From an uncultured Candidatus Saccharibacteria bacterium (GTDB lineage Bacteria > Patescibacteriota > Saccharimonadia > Saccharimonadales > CAZICT01), in the NCBI GenBank assembly GCA_964537935.1, contig CAZICT010000002.1, positions 140,922-204,921 on the forward strand: a stretch of DNA of 64,000 nt, given 5' to 3'. Positions 46,955 to 57,322 of this stretch are shown piece after piece (the stretch's first letter is position 1; every line of letters begins with the position of its first letter). Below the pieces are notes generated by a model. That model did not search any database and was not told the DNA's origin. It was given only the letters and a program-made list of their open reading frames with translations. The position numbers and the translations under genes are program-made.

Positions 46955-47974
46955 CGCGACTTTTTTGGACTGGACATTGGCACCACAGGTCTCAGGGTTG
47001 TGCAGTTAAAGGGGTCTGGCGAGGTAAAAAATCTTGTTCGCTATGGTTATATGCCAATCGATGGAAACATTTCACAGAGCGATGCGGCAGCTGATCGGCA
47101 AAAACTTGCCCAGGCTGTAAAGCAATTAGTGTCCTCAGCTGGAATATCGACCAACAATGTAGCCGTAGGCCTGCCGTCCCAAAAAGTTTTTACTACCGTG
47201 GTGGATATCGAGCGACTAACAGAGGCAGAAATTGCTCAAACTATCAAGCTGCAAGCCGATTCACTTATTCCAACCCCGCTCTCAGAATCAAAGCTCGACT
47301 GGGCGGTTATAGGTGATTCGCCACAAGACCCAAATAAGGTTGAAGTATTGCTTTCCAGCGTAACCAATGAGTATGTCGAAGGACGACTGGATATGCTGGA
47401 ATCAATTGGCTTAAACGTTATTGCCTTTGAACCGGAAAGCTTGGCTATTGTTCGTTCTCTCGTGCCTAATGGTGCGACCAGCATGGTGATGATTCTTGAC
47501 ATGGGAAGCAAGTCTACGGATCTTGTGATATCAACAGCTGGAGCTCCCAGGTTGACGCGTTCGATCGCTACCGGAACGGAAGCGGTTGTAAAGGCAGCTA
47601 TGCAAAACCTTAATATTGACGAAAAGCAGGCCGAGCAGTTTGTTTCAAAATTTGGCTTGAGTAAAGATAAGCTGGAGGGACAAATATACAGCGCAATTAT
47701 CGGTACTATAGACATTCTTGTCGGCGAGCTGGAAAAATCGATAAAATTCGTTAAGTCACGCTATCCTAACGTCCAGCTCGAGCGAATTATTGTAACCGGC
47801 GGTGCGTCGACCTTGCCGGAGTTTCCGCTTTATATAGCAAATAAATTCGGTATAAGTGTAGAAATAGGTAATGCTTGGCGCAATATAGCTTTTCCGGCAG
47901 ACAAGCAAAATGATCTGTTAGCAATATCTAACCATTTCGCAGCCGCGGTGGGGCTGGCGGAGCGAAACGAATGA
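46934..47974 (+). CDS. pilM: type IV pilus assembly protein PilM (actin-like ATPase fold)
   Basis: FFGLDIGTTGLRVVQL N-terminal phosphate-1 motif, VILDMGSKSTDL and IIVTGGAS. Start uncertain (46913, 46934 or 46940). Confidence 0.85.
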   Translation: MSMISGIRDFFGLDIGTTGLRVVQLKGSGEVKNLVRYGYMPIDGNISQSDAAADRQKLAQAVKQLVSSAGISTNNVAVGLPSQKVFTTVVDIERLTEAEIAQTIKLQADSLIPTPLSESKLDWAVIGDSPQDPNKVEVLLSSVTNEYVEGRLDMLESIGLNVIAFEPESLAIVRSLVPNGATSMVMILDMGSKSTDLVISTAGAPRLTRSIATGTEAVVKAAMQNLNIDEKQAEQFVSKFGLSKDKLEGQIYSAIIGTIDILVGELEKSIKFVKSRYPNVQLERIIVTGGASTLPEFPLYIANKFGISVEIGNAWRNIAFPADKQNDLLAISNHFAAAVGLAERNE

Positions 47975-48747
47975 TCCAATTTAATTTACTACCAGACATC
48001 AAACTCGAATACATCAAGGCAGCAAAACTAAAGCGTCTTGTCATAAGTATTTCTTTGATAGTTATTGCGGTAACTGTAGCCATTGTCGGTTTTATGGGAT
48101 CAATTTATGCAGCGCGCACGAGCCACCTAAATGCCCTTAATGAAGACATCAAAAAGGCTTCAGAAGACCTAACCGGGACAGGGGATATTAGCAAGATTCT
48201 GACCATTCAGAACCAGCTCAACAGCCTTCCTGCGCTCCATGAACAGAAGCCGGTAGCCAGTCGAATATTCGACTTTCTAACGCTAATGACACCGAGTACC
48301 GTGACGTTAAATGAAATGGAAGTTAACTTTGTTGATAGCACCCTAAGCTTTGAAGGTGATGCTGACTTGCTTTCGCATGTTAACGAGTTTGTTGACACCA
48401 TTAAGTTCACTAATTTGTATGTTACTTACACCAGCGAAAAAGGAGCTACGCCTACGTTTACTTTTGGAGAAGTTGGTCCGCAAGAAGAGCCAAAAGAAGA
48501 AAAGAATGAACAGGGAGAAGATATTTCCATATACCGAGTGCGGGGTAAAGCTTTCAGCGAAGTTGTTCTATCTGAATTTACGCGTAATGACGGCAAGCTA
48601 AGTTATGAGATAACTGCCAAATATGAACCATTGCTATTTGACGGCACGAATAAAGTAGAGCTTCAGGTTCCGCAGCGAGTAACGACTCGCTCAGAGGTGG
48701 AAAAACCGTTATTCGAAATAAACTCTGATATAACGGAGGACCAGTAA
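47971..48747 (+). CDS. pilN: type IV pilus assembly protein PilN-like
   Basis: IQFNLLPD N-terminus (PilM-binding peptide), a single TM and a periplasmic-type domain. ATGA overlap with pilM. Confidence 0.65.
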   Translation: MIQFNLLPDIKLEYIKAAKLKRLVISISLIVIAVTVAIVGFMGSIYAARTSHLNALNEDIKKASEDLTGTGDISKILTIQNQLNSLPALHEQKPVASRIFDFLTLMTPSTVTLNEMEVNFVDSTLSFEGDADLLSHVNEFVDTIKFTNLYVTYTSEKGATPTFTFGEVGPQEEPKEEKNEQGEDISIYRVRGKAFSEVVLSEFTRNDGKLSYEITAKYEPLLFDGTNKVELQVPQRVTTRSEVEKPLFEINSDITEDQ

Positions 48748-49430
48748 TGGCACGTCCAAAAGTTTCAATTAAGCATGTTCAGATAGATAAGGCCAACCAG
48801 GCGGTAATTGCCGCAGCTGCCTTAGGCGCCGCGGTACTTATATTCGGTCTTTTTATAGGCCGAGGATTATCTATGCGTATAGCTCACCAAGAGCGTGTAA
48901 TCGAGAAGAAAGAACAGGCTAAAAAGACGCTTCAAGAAAATATCGAAGCCCGAGACAAAATCGTCACGGCTTACCAGGCATTTACTGCAACCACTAGAAA
49001 TATTCTTGGCGGTAGCACTGAGGAAGGGCAGGTAGGAGCTAATGATGGAGATAATGCTCGAATTATCCTTGATGCGTTGCCAAGCAAGTATGACTTTCCG
49101 GCACTGGCTACTTCTGTCGAACACCTATTGATTAGCAATGGGTTTGTTGTTGAGGCTATTGAAGGAATCGACGACGAGGTCAATCAGGCTGCGGTAGAAC
49201 CTTCGGCAAATCCTCAGCCGGTCGAAATTCCTATAGGTGTATCTGTTAAAGAAACCAATTATCAAGGTGTAATGACGGCCATTGATTTATTCGAAAAATC
49301 TATAAGACCATTCAAGCTGCAAAAGATGGTTATTTCCGGCGAAGAAGCTGATCTTGAGCTTGAGCTTGAGATGATAACTCACTACCAACCGGAAAAAATT
49401 ATTGGTATTTCCAAGGAGACAGTACAATGA
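48747..49430 (+). CDS. PilO-like bitopic pilus assembly protein
   Basis: Position after pilN, one TM (VIAAAALGAAVLIFGLFIG), then a coiled-coil segment. Similarity is judged only from architecture. Confidence 0.5.
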   Translation: MARPKVSIKHVQIDKANQAVIAAAALGAAVLIFGLFIGRGLSMRIAHQERVIEKKEQAKKTLQENIEARDKIVTAYQAFTATTRNILGGSTEEGQVGANDGDNARIILDALPSKYDFPALATSVEHLLISNGFVVEAIEGIDDEVNQAAVEPSANPQPVEIPIGVSVKETNYQGVMTAIDLFEKSIRPFKLQKMVISGEEADLELELEMITHYQPEKIIGISKETVQ

Positions 49431-49678
49431 AATCCAAAGATGTAGCCATTATTATAGTTGTAGCTTTCTTTTCGGCGATATTTGCTTTCATAATTTCAAA
49501 TATGCTATTAGCTTCACCTAATAATTTACAGACAGAAGTCGAAGTTGTTGAGCCGATTAGTGCTGAGTTTAGAAAAGCTGATGATAGATACTTCAATGAA
49601 GCAGCTATTAATCCGACTCAACAAATCCGTATCAAAGAGAATCAAAACCAAGATCCGTTTAACGGTCAAATTCAGTAG
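49427..49678 (+). CDS. small single-TM protein in pil operon (83 aa)
   Basis: ATGA overlap with the upstream gene. TM helix VAIIIVVAFFSAIFAFIISNMLL. Confidence 0.5.
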   Translation: MKSKDVAIIIVVAFFSAIFAFIISNMLLASPNNLQTEVEVVEPISAEFRKADDRYFNEAAINPTQQIRIKENQNQDPFNGQIQ

Positions 49679-49690
49679 AAGGAGGGCTGC

Positions 49691-51496
49691 ATGAGTGTTC
49701 TATCTGCAGCTAGCCAGAAGCAGGCTGAAGAGCTGCTTGTAAAGCAGCAGTCAATCAGTGAACAAGACCTTAATGAATATCGTACTAAGGCTGAGGCAAC
49801 TCACACACCATTGTTTACCTTGCTTCTGAACGAAAACAAGATAAACAACGAACAGCTTACAAGAGCTATTGCAACTGCAACTAAAGTTCCTTATGTGAAG
49901 CTTGACGGAGTAGCAGTAGCTCCGGAGATGCTTGACCTCTTGCCCAAAGAGCTGGCTGAGCGTTACATGGCCGTACCAATAGGTGAAATGCAACGCCGAT
50001 TAGTGGTAGCGATGCTTGATGCTGGCAATGTCCAGGCTGTTGACTTTCTCTCAAACAAGATAGGACGCCCCCTCAAGGTATACATGGCGAGTGAAGAGGG
50101 CATACGATCGGTTTTGCGCCAATACGACCACAACATTAAAAAAGATGTGTTTGGTTCGCTTTTAGAAGGTGATCAGCCGACAGGTACCGAGCAAGCCCAG
50201 TCTGAAACCAAAAAAGGCGACAAAAAGAAAGACGACATCAAAGTTCTCGTACAGGATTCGCCGATAAGTAAAGCGCTATCGACTATTCTAGAGTTTGCTG
50301 CCCGTAACCGAGCATCGGATATTCATATTGAGCCACTCGAAAAGGAGCTAAAAATACGCTGCCGGATTGACGGGGTACTTACAGAGATTATGAAATTGCC
50401 TAAATCAACCGAAGCGCCATTGGTATCAAGAATCAAAATTCTTTCAAATCTGAAGATAGATGAACACCGTATCCCTCAAGACGGCCAATTTACAGTCATG
50501 GTATCCGAAAAACCAATTGACTTACGTATTGCCATTTCGCCTGTAGTATGGGGTGAGCAGGTGGTTATTCGCTTGCTTGATAAGTCTGGAACCAGCCTAA
50601 AGCTTGAGGATATGGGTTATAAAGGTCGGGCACTTAGAACAATCCGCAAAGGCCTGGAGCGGCCAAACGGTATGATACTTACTTCCGGGCCGACTGGTTC
50701 CGGTAAATCGACATCGCTTTATGCGCTTATTCAGGAAATTAAAGATGACAGTATCAACATCGTAACCTTAGAGGATCCGGTTGAATACAAAATGGACGGT
50801 ATTAATCAGATCCAGGTGAATTCAGAGGTAGGTCTGACGTTTGCATCTGGATTGCGTTCGATTTTGCGCCAGGACCCGGATGTAGTGATGGTCGGTGAAA
50901 TTCGTGATAAAGAGACAGCGACATTGGCTGTCCAGGCTGCATTAACCGGACACCTGGTATTCAGTACGCTTCACACCAACTCGGCTGCCGGAATTTTGCC
51001 ACGTCTCTTGGATATGGGTATCGAACCGTTTCTTATTGCCAGTACTGTACATACAGTTATCGGTCAGCGGCTAGTTCGACGGATTGCAACCGATGGCAGG
51101 GAAGAATATAACTCCGAGCTATCAGAACTTGAGGCCATCAATACGACTATTGGGCATTTATTGCCGACTTCAGAAAGCGATGTAGAGAAAGTCGCCGAAG
51201 ATCTTGGATATGAAACCTTGCCTGTAAAGAACGAAAACGCTTATACTTTGTTTAAGGGCAAAGATAGTCCGGATACGCCAAATGGCTTTAAAGGACGCAT
51301 GGGCCTGTACGAAGTGTTTGAAGTAACCGAGGAGATCCAAGAATTGATTCTCAAGCGAGCGACTAGTAGTGAGATCCAGAAGGTTGCACAGGCGCAGGGT
51401 ATGGTAACAATGCGTGAAGACGGCTATCTTAAGGCGCTGGCAGGGCAAACAAGCCTAGCGGAAGTTAATAGGGTTGCAGCTGCTGACAGCGCATAA
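49691..51496 (+). CDS. pilB: type IV pilus extension ATPase PilB (GspE family)
   Basis: GSPII_E N-terminal domain, Walker A SGPTGSGKST, Asp box, Walker B VVMVGEIRD and His box FSTLHTN. GAAGGAGGG SD present. Confidence 0.9.
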   Translation: MSVLSAASQKQAEELLVKQQSISEQDLNEYRTKAEATHTPLFTLLLNENKINNEQLTRAIATATKVPYVKLDGVAVAPEMLDLLPKELAERYMAVPIGEMQRRLVVAMLDAGNVQAVDFLSNKIGRPLKVYMASEEGIRSVLRQYDHNIKKDVFGSLLEGDQPTGTEQAQSETKKGDKKKDDIKVLVQDSPISKALSTILEFAARNRASDIHIEPLEKELKIRCRIDGVLTEIMKLPKSTEAPLVSRIKILSNLKIDEHRIPQDGQFTVMVSEKPIDLRIAISPVVWGEQVVIRLLDKSGTSLKLEDMGYKGRALRTIRKGLERPNGMILTSGPTGSGKSTSLYALIQEIKDDSINIVTLEDPVEYKMDGINQIQVNSEVGLTFASGLRSILRQDPDVVMVGEIRDKETATLAVQAALTGHLVFSTLHTNSAAGILPRLLDMGIEPFLIASTVHTVIGQRLVRRIATDGREEYNSELSELEAINTTIGHLLPTSESDVEKVAEDLGYETLPVKNENAYTLFKGKDSPDTPNGFKGRMGLYEVFEVTEEIQELILKRATSSEIQKVAQAQGMVTMREDGYLKALAGQTSLAEVNRVAAADSA

Positions 51497-51515
51497 ATAG
51501 AGAGGAATAAATAGG

Positions 51516-52586
51516 GTGGCAACACAACAACCAAGAATCGAAGTACTGCTCGAGGAAGTTATAAAGAAAAAGGCCTCGGACCTTCACCTGCAGGTCGGTT
51601 TACCACCAATGTTGAGGGTGGACGGTAAATTAGTGGCTGTAACCGGTTCGGAGGCTCTGAGTGAAGAAGGTGTAGAGGCACTTATATTCGCAATTTTAGA
51701 CGACGATCAAAAGCAGATACTGCTGAAGGACAAGGAGTTTGATTTTAGCTTCGCCTTTGGCGATCTGGGAAGGTTTCGTGTAAATGCTTTTCACGAGCGT
51801 GGCAACCTGGCTGCAGCTTTGCGTCTTATACCGAATGAGATTACCAGCATTGAACAGCTTGGTTTGCCTCCGGTGGTTAATAAATTTGCCGAATATCCGC
51901 GCGGTCTGGTATTAGTTACAGGGCCAACCGGCTCTGGTAAGTCAACCACACTGGCAGCGCTCATTAACAAGATTAATCATGAGCGGGCAGAGCATATAGT
52001 TACAATCGAGGATCCGATTGAGTTCACGCATAAGTCAATTAAATCAGTAGTCGTACAGCGTGAAGTTCATTATGATACTTATTCATTTTCGGCGGCACTT
52101 CGTTCAAGCTTGCGCCAGGACCCGGATGTAGTGCTTATCGGCGAGATGCGTGATCTGGAGACTATAGCTGCAGCTATCACCATAGCGGAGACCGGTCACT
52201 TGGTTTTTGCGACGCTCCACACCAACTCCGCTGCACAGAGTATTGACCGTATGATTGATGTATTTCCGCCTCATCAACAGATGCAAATTCGCGCCCAGCT
52301 GGCCAATATTTTACAGGCTATTTGTGCCCAACGTTTGGTACCGGCGATTGGCGGCGGTCGGATTGCCGCAGCCGAAATCTTAGTGGCAACACCTGCAGTT
52401 CGCAATATTATCCGTGAAGGCAAGAGCCATCAGTTGGATGCAGTTATCCAGACCGGAGCGGAGTTCGGAATGCAATCCATGGATAAAACTCTCGTTAACC
52501 TTATCCATAATGGCACTATTAGTTATGATGAGGCACGGAATTATGCAGTCGACCTTGAAGAATTAGACAGGCTGATGCGAGGATAA
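51516..52586 (+). CDS. pilT: twitching-motility retraction ATPase PilT
   Basis: 356 aa. ASDLHLQVG, TGPTGSGKSTT, VVLIGEMRD, FATLHTNSA and AIRNIIREGK-like (AVRNIIREGKSHQ) motifs. Confidence 0.9.
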   Translation: MATQQPRIEVLLEEVIKKKASDLHLQVGLPPMLRVDGKLVAVTGSEALSEEGVEALIFAILDDDQKQILLKDKEFDFSFAFGDLGRFRVNAFHERGNLAAALRLIPNEITSIEQLGLPPVVNKFAEYPRGLVLVTGPTGSGKSTTLAALINKINHERAEHIVTIEDPIEFTHKSIKSVVVQREVHYDTYSFSAALRSSLRQDPDVVLIGEMRDLETIAAAITIAETGHLVFATLHTNSAAQSIDRMIDVFPPHQQMQIRAQLANILQAICAQRLVPAIGGGRIAAAEILVATPAVRNIIREGKSHQLDAVIQTGAEFGMQSMDKTLVNLIHNGTISYDEARNYAVDLEELDRLMRG

Positions 52587-52601
52587 TGGTGGAGCTTTGC
52601 A

Positions 52602-53816
52602 ATGATTGATTACAAATATACGGCACGGAATCCTAAGACAGGCGAAAAGCTTTCGGCTCGTGTCCAGGCCGACAGCATCCAAAGCGCCTCAAAACTAATC
52701 CAACAGCAAGGTCTTGTCCCAATTGATATAAAACCGGTAGACGGCGGAGGTGGTATTCCCAAGTTTGGCGGTAAGGTTAAGGCTAAGGATAGGATTGTTT
52801 TTTCTAGGCAAATGGCGACATTGATTGCAGCCGGCCTGCCGTTGGTGCAGAGCCTTAGGAATGTGCTTGATCAAACCCAAAACAAAGCCTTTAAGATAAT
52901 TATATCCAATATTATCGCTGACGTTGAAGCCGGTAAGCCTTTTTCTGAAGCGTTAACCAAACACCCCAAAGTGTTTGATAACGTATACATTAATTTGATT
53001 GCAGCCGGCGAAGTCTCCGGCACTCTAGACCATTCCATGGAACGGGTAGCCGACCAGCAAGAAAAAGACGCCGAAATTCTAAGTAAAGTCCGCGGAGCTA
53101 TGGTTTATCCGTTTATTGTCTTGCTGGTTATGGTAGGTGTAGTAGTATTTATGCTGGTTACTGTGCTGCCGCAAGTTGAAGTACTCTATGACGGGTTAGG
53201 TGGCGCAGGGGAGCTACCGATTTTTACAAGAGTATTACTTTCGATCTCACGTTTCATCACTAGTTTTTGGTATATAGTCCTTGCGATATTAGGGGTAATA
53301 ATATTTGCAGGGTCTAAATGGTCCAAAACGCTTGGGGGTAAAACAGTAGTTGATAAGTTAAAGATGAAAATGTGGCCAGTAGGACCCTTGTTTATGAAGA
53401 TGTACATGGCCCGTTTTGCACGGACAGGAACCACTATGGTAGCTAGTGGTGTGCCTCTAATTAAAACCCTGGAAGTAGTGTCTAGGGCCGTAAATAATGT
53501 TCATCTAGAAAAATCTCTAAAATTGGCGATAGAAAAGGTAAAAGGCGGGAAAGCATTGTCAGATTCAATAAGAGGTGATGAAAATTTCCTCACTTTAGTG
53601 CCTGACATGCTTAAAATCGGTGAAGAATCGGGCCAGGTAGAAACAATGCTGGAAAAAACCGCCGTTTACTATGAGAAAGAAGTGGATAATCAAATTAAAA
53701 CAATCTCTACGATTATAGAACCCGTGATGATGGTGCTTTTAGGGGTGACGGCCCTAATAATTGTGGCTGCTATCTTACTCCCAATTTACGGGCTTGCCGG
53801 AAAAGATATTTTGTAG
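52602..53816 (+). CDS. pilC: type IV pilus platform protein PilC (T2SS F family)
   Basis: Two T2SSF repeats (FSRQMATLIAAGLPLVQSL, FARTGTTMVASGVPLIKTL). 404 aa, with 3-4 TM segments. Confidence 0.88.
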   Translation: MIDYKYTARNPKTGEKLSARVQADSIQSASKLIQQQGLVPIDIKPVDGGGGIPKFGGKVKAKDRIVFSRQMATLIAAGLPLVQSLRNVLDQTQNKAFKIIISNIIADVEAGKPFSEALTKHPKVFDNVYINLIAAGEVSGTLDHSMERVADQQEKDAEILSKVRGAMVYPFIVLLVMVGVVVFMLVTVLPQVEVLYDGLGGAGELPIFTRVLLSISRFITSFWYIVLAILGVIIFAGSKWSKTLGGKTVVDKLKMKMWPVGPLFMKMYMARFARTGTTMVASGVPLIKTLEVVSRAVNNVHLEKSLKLAIEKVKGGKALSDSIRGDENFLTLVPDMLKIGEESGQVETMLEKTAVYYEKEVDNQIKTISTIIEPVMMVLLGVTALIIVAAILLPIYGLAGKDIL

Positions 53817-53892
53817 TTTGCAAATTTTGATAACCCGAGTATCATGTAACCATAAGTAATTTCAAAAAATGCGCAAAGGGGGCATTTGCATC

Positions 53893-54327
53893 ATGAAACT
53901 AAAAAACCTAAAAGAGGAAAAAGGTTTTACTATCATAGAAGTCTTGATTGTCCTGGCTATCGCCGGACTAATCATGGTAGTTGTATTCTTGGCAGTTCCT
54001 GCTTTGCAGCGTAACTCACGCAACACACAGCGAACTAATGACGTTTCAAGAATTGCATCTGCAATTAGTGAGTGTGCTACTAATAACAATGGTAACACTT
54101 CTGCTTGTGCAACTCAGGCAGCACTTGCAAACTACTACGACTTCGGTAGTAGTCAGCAAATTACTGCTCTTGGTAGTGCTAGCTTAAACTCAGCAGCAAT
54201 AGCAGCAAACACACAATGTAACTCTGCGGGATCAGGTACAGTTACAGGTGGTGGCACAAGAGCTTACACGCTTAGTTACTTGGTAGAGACTAGCGGTGGT
54301 ACAGCTCCTCGATGTGTAAATGTTTAG
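53893..54327 (+). CDS. pilA: major type IV pilin (PilA-like)
   Basis: Class III signal MKLKNLKEEKG|FTIIEVLIVLAIAGLIMVV with Glu5. C-terminal Cys pair (QCNSAG...PRCVNV). AAAGGGGG SD before the ATG at 53893. Terminator downstream. Confidence 0.85.
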   Translation: MKLKNLKEEKGFTIIEVLIVLAIAGLIMVVVFLAVPALQRNSRNTQRTNDVSRIASAISECATNNNGNTSACATQAALANYYDFGSSQQITALGSASLNSAAIAANTQCNSAGSGTVTGGGTRAYTLSYLVETSGGTAPRCVNV

Positions 54328-54355
54328 CTTAGCACAAATTTTGTGAAGTTAACTT

Positions 54356-54385
54356 AAGAAGAGTTCTGCAATATGAACTCTTTTT
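54356..54385 (+). terminator. rho-independent terminator/attenuator after pilA
   Basis: AAGAGTTC (54359-54366) pairs with GAACTCTT (54375-54382) across an 8-nt loop, followed by a T-run (TTTTT). Confidence 0.65.
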
Positions 54386-54416
54386 AAGTTGGTAACAATA
54401 ACGTAAGCTTAAAAAG

Positions 54417-55244
54417 ATGATAATTTGTATTCTTGTAGTGATTGGATTAGTTTTTGGAAGCTTTATTAACGCCTATGTATGGCGAGTAAGTGAGCAAACT
54501 AAGCCAAAGAAAAAGCGTGCTGCAACAGATAAAGAGCTATCAATAAGCGGCGGACGGTCAATGTGTCCGCACTGCAAGCATACGCTTGGTTGGCAAGATC
54601 TTATTCCGGTATTTAGTTGGTTGACCCTACGAGGCAAATGCCGCTATTGCAGCAAAAAAATAAGTGTCCAATATCCTTTAGTAGAGCTACTCACCGCAGC
54701 GCTGTTTGTAGTGTCATACATAATATGGCCTGAAGTGCTTACTGGCGTGGAATGGCTACGTTTTGGGTTATGGCTTGGTTTGCTTGTAATGCTTATAGCG
54801 CTATCGGTGTATGACTTAAAGCATATGCTGCTCCCTAACCGCATGGTTAAAGTAGCGGCGGTTATTGTATTCGCTGCAGTGGCTCTATCCGTAGTGAGAG
54901 AGCAAAGCGTTACACCAATATACGAAGCGGTTTCAGGGCTCTTAGCTTTTGGCGGATTGTTTTATGTTCTTTTTCAATTATCAAATGGAAAATGGATAGG
55001 CGGCGGCGATGTAAAACTTGGCTTTGTGCTTGGAGCATGGCTTTCAGACGTTTGGTTGAGCCTGCTTGCTCTATTCATGGCGTCTATGATTGGCACAATC
55101 ATAGCCATCAGTTTGATGTTAGTTGGAAAGGCACAGCTTAAGACGCGATTACCATTCGGTCCAATGTTAATTGCAGCCACGATTATCGTTACGCTTTATG
55201 GCCAGGCTTTGATTGATGCCTACAACAGGCTATTAATTCCCTGA
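54417..55244 (+). CDS. pilD: prepilin peptidase (A24 family) PilD
   Basis: N-terminal CxxC...CxxC (CPHCKHTL, CRYCSKKIS), catalytic Asp contexts (VYDLKH, GGGDVKL) and multiple TM helices. Confidence 0.88.
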   Translation: MIICILVVIGLVFGSFINAYVWRVSEQTKPKKKRAATDKELSISGGRSMCPHCKHTLGWQDLIPVFSWLTLRGKCRYCSKKISVQYPLVELLTAALFVVSYIIWPEVLTGVEWLRFGLWLGLLVMLIALSVYDLKHMLLPNRMVKVAAVIVFAAVALSVVREQSVTPIYEAVSGLLAFGGLFYVLFQLSNGKWIGGGDVKLGFVLGAWLSDVWLSLLALFMASMIGTIIAISLMLVGKAQLKTRLPFGPMLIAATIIVTLYGQALIDAYNRLLIP

Positions 55245-55291
55245 GGATTGAATATGCTTATGCTATACTTCTTTTAAAGAAGCTTTCACGC

Positions 55292-56038
55292 ATGAAAAAA
55301 AACTGGGCTGGGTATACCATTATTGAACTCATGATAGTCACCGCTGTGACAGGCGCTATAGCTATCAGTGCGATAGCTTTAGTAAGTGGTCAGCAAAGGC
55401 GTAATGAATTCAACCAATCCGTCAGGGATTTTGAATCAAAAATAATTGATGTCGCAAACGATGTTTCAAGGGGTTATTTCCCGGATACGGGCGCGACCTG
55501 TCAAGCCGGTCCTACCGGTATTACTCTTGGGACCGGCGGAGAGCAGGGGACTAACGAAGAATGTATATTTGGCGGAAAGGTGCTTGAATTTACTGCTAAC
55601 AGCACGCAATTTGATGTTGAAACGATTGCTGTACGCAAGCGTTACCGCAACACCAATACAGAGGTGTCCAGTATTAGCTCACTTAGCAATAACGACCTAG
55701 GCCCGGTGCCGGTATTATCCGACAGGATTAATCTTTTGTATGGACTGCAGATAGACGCCATACGTGTTGGCGCTACCAGGTTGAACAGTTCCAGTATTGG
55801 ATTTATGACTAGCTTTGGCGGTCAGGCGGGTGACTCAAGACCTACGGGGGCGCCTATAACAGATGTTGCGCATATATCCGGGGCTCTTACTCGTCCGACC
55901 AGCTATATAGACTTACCATCTACAGGATATATGATTTGTCTGGAGCACGGTAACGGTGGCCGAAGAGCACGGGTTACAATCGGTCAGAGCGGTCGCGAAC
56001 TAACAACCACCACGGAGTATGATACACCACCATGTTAA
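55292..56038 (+). CDS. minor pilin-like protein (248 aa)
   Basis: Prepilin-type N-terminus MKKNWAG|YTIIELMIVTAVTGAIAISAIAL with Glu5. Confidence 0.7.
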   Translation: MKKNWAGYTIIELMIVTAVTGAIAISAIALVSGQQRRNEFNQSVRDFESKIIDVANDVSRGYFPDTGATCQAGPTGITLGTGGEQGTNEECIFGGKVLEFTANSTQFDVETIAVRKRYRNTNTEVSSISSLSNNDLGPVPVLSDRINLLYGLQIDAIRVGATRLNSSSIGFMTSFGGQAGDSRPTGAPITDVAHISGALTRPTSYIDLPSTGYMICLEHGNGGRRARVTIGQSGRELTTTTEYDTPPC

Positions 56039-56706
56039 AACCATTGAATAAAACTGGTGATACCATTATCGAAGTACTGATATCTCTGAGTATATTGGGC
56101 TTGGTGCTCGGTATTAGCTACGCGTCTGTCAGTCGTAATATTCGGTCAACACAGGATGCGCAAGAGCGTACAGAAGCATCTACAATTGCTCAGAATATCA
56201 TCGAAACAATTAAGTATTACTCTGTTAGAACTAATAATCCCGCTATTGATAACCGCTTATTCCCAACCGTTAATACAACCGAGACACAAGTGGTTTGTAT
56301 TGATACCCGTCTTGGCTCCCCGCCAACCGGACCACCACCCGGACAAGTGGTAAGGCCTTTTCCTCATGACAATTGTAGTGTGTCATACGGAGGTAAGGAT
56401 GGCGTCTATAATGCCAGGGTCGAATTTGTCTCATACAGCATATCTGAGGCCCCGCAGCTGAGAAAATACAACTATAACGTAATCGTAAGCTGGCAGGACT
56501 TGACGGGCGGAACAGAGAGTCAAGCATCAATGCGCTATACCATAGTGCGTGACACTAGTCTGGGGGCAGGTCCGCCAGCGCCACCGATTAATGGCGTGCT
56601 ATCTACATCAAATGTGAATGAGATTAATTCATTAAACACTGAAGAAGTGGCGCCAATAGTCCAGTCAAACGACTTAATGGATACAGGAAGGCAAGCTAAT
56701 GATTAA
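56032..56706 (+). CDS. minor pilin-like protein (224 aa)
   Basis: MLKPLNKTG|DTIIEVLISLSILGLVLGISY with Glu5. Overlaps the upstream gene by 7 nt. Confidence 0.65.
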   Translation: MLKPLNKTGDTIIEVLISLSILGLVLGISYASVSRNIRSTQDAQERTEASTIAQNIIETIKYYSVRTNNPAIDNRLFPTVNTTETQVVCIDTRLGSPPTGPPPGQVVRPFPHDNCSVSYGGKDGVYNARVEFVSYSISEAPQLRKYNYNVIVSWQDLTGGTESQASMRYTIVRDTSLGAGPPAPPINGVLSTSNVNEINSLNTEEVAPIVQSNDLMDTGRQAND

Positions 56707-57295
56707 GCAGCAAAAAGGCTTTACTATCATTGAGCTCTTGATTGCCACAACTGTTTTTTCAGTAGTACTGCTAATCGTAAGTGCTGCAATAATTGGGCTG
56801 GGACGGCAATATTATAAAGGTGTAAACCAAAGTAAGACCCAAGAAGTAGCTCGTAGTATTGTCGAAGAAATTGCCAACAATCTCAAATATTCTACCGGGG
56901 ATCCTATAAACCTGGGCACTAATGGCGATGATATATCAGGATGGTGCATTTCTGAGAGACTTTATGCTTTCAGGGTCGGAGAACAATTAGGCACCGACTC
57001 CAATCAATCTAGAGCCGTTCTGCTTCGTGGAGATGACTGTAATTTGCCCGATGAGGGTAACTTTTTACCTGGCCCAAATCAAACAGAGTTGATAGGCGAG
57101 AATATGCGCCTCTCCAGACTGACCATAGAAGAAGACGCTAATAATGTTTGGACAGTTACTGTCCGCGTAGCTATGGGTACTGATGAGGACCTGGATGATC
57201 CGAATGGACCAAATGCAGTGTGTAAAGGCCAGGAAAATACTCAATTCTGCTCTGTATCTGAATACCAATCCAGAGTTGTCAAACGGATTAATTAA
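56699..57295 (+). CDS. minor pilin-like protein (198 aa)
   Basis: MIKQQKG|FTIIELLIATTVFSVVLLIVSAAI with Glu5. Overlaps the upstream gene by 8 nt. Confidence 0.7.
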   Translation: MIKQQKGFTIIELLIATTVFSVVLLIVSAAIIGLGRQYYKGVNQSKTQEVARSIVEEIANNLKYSTGDPINLGTNGDDISGWCISERLYAFRVGEQLGTDSNQSRAVLLRGDDCNLPDEGNFLPGPNQTELIGENMRLSRLTIEEDANNVWTVTVRVAMGTDEDLDDPNGPNAVCKGQENTQFCSVSEYQSRVVKRIN

Positions 57296-57322
57296 TAGTA
57301 CGCTTAAGCTTAAAGGAATAGC

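Noticed and set aside
46648-46986. Long antisense or shadow ORFs in the track (for example 46648-46986 -, 47236-47715 -, 40291-40671 -, 31611-31979 -, 32100-32504 -, 4956-5390 +).
   Set aside because: They lie opposite or inside strongly supported genes, lack SD or promoter context, and have odd composition (Ser/Arg/Leu/Cys-rich). They are treated as non-coding.
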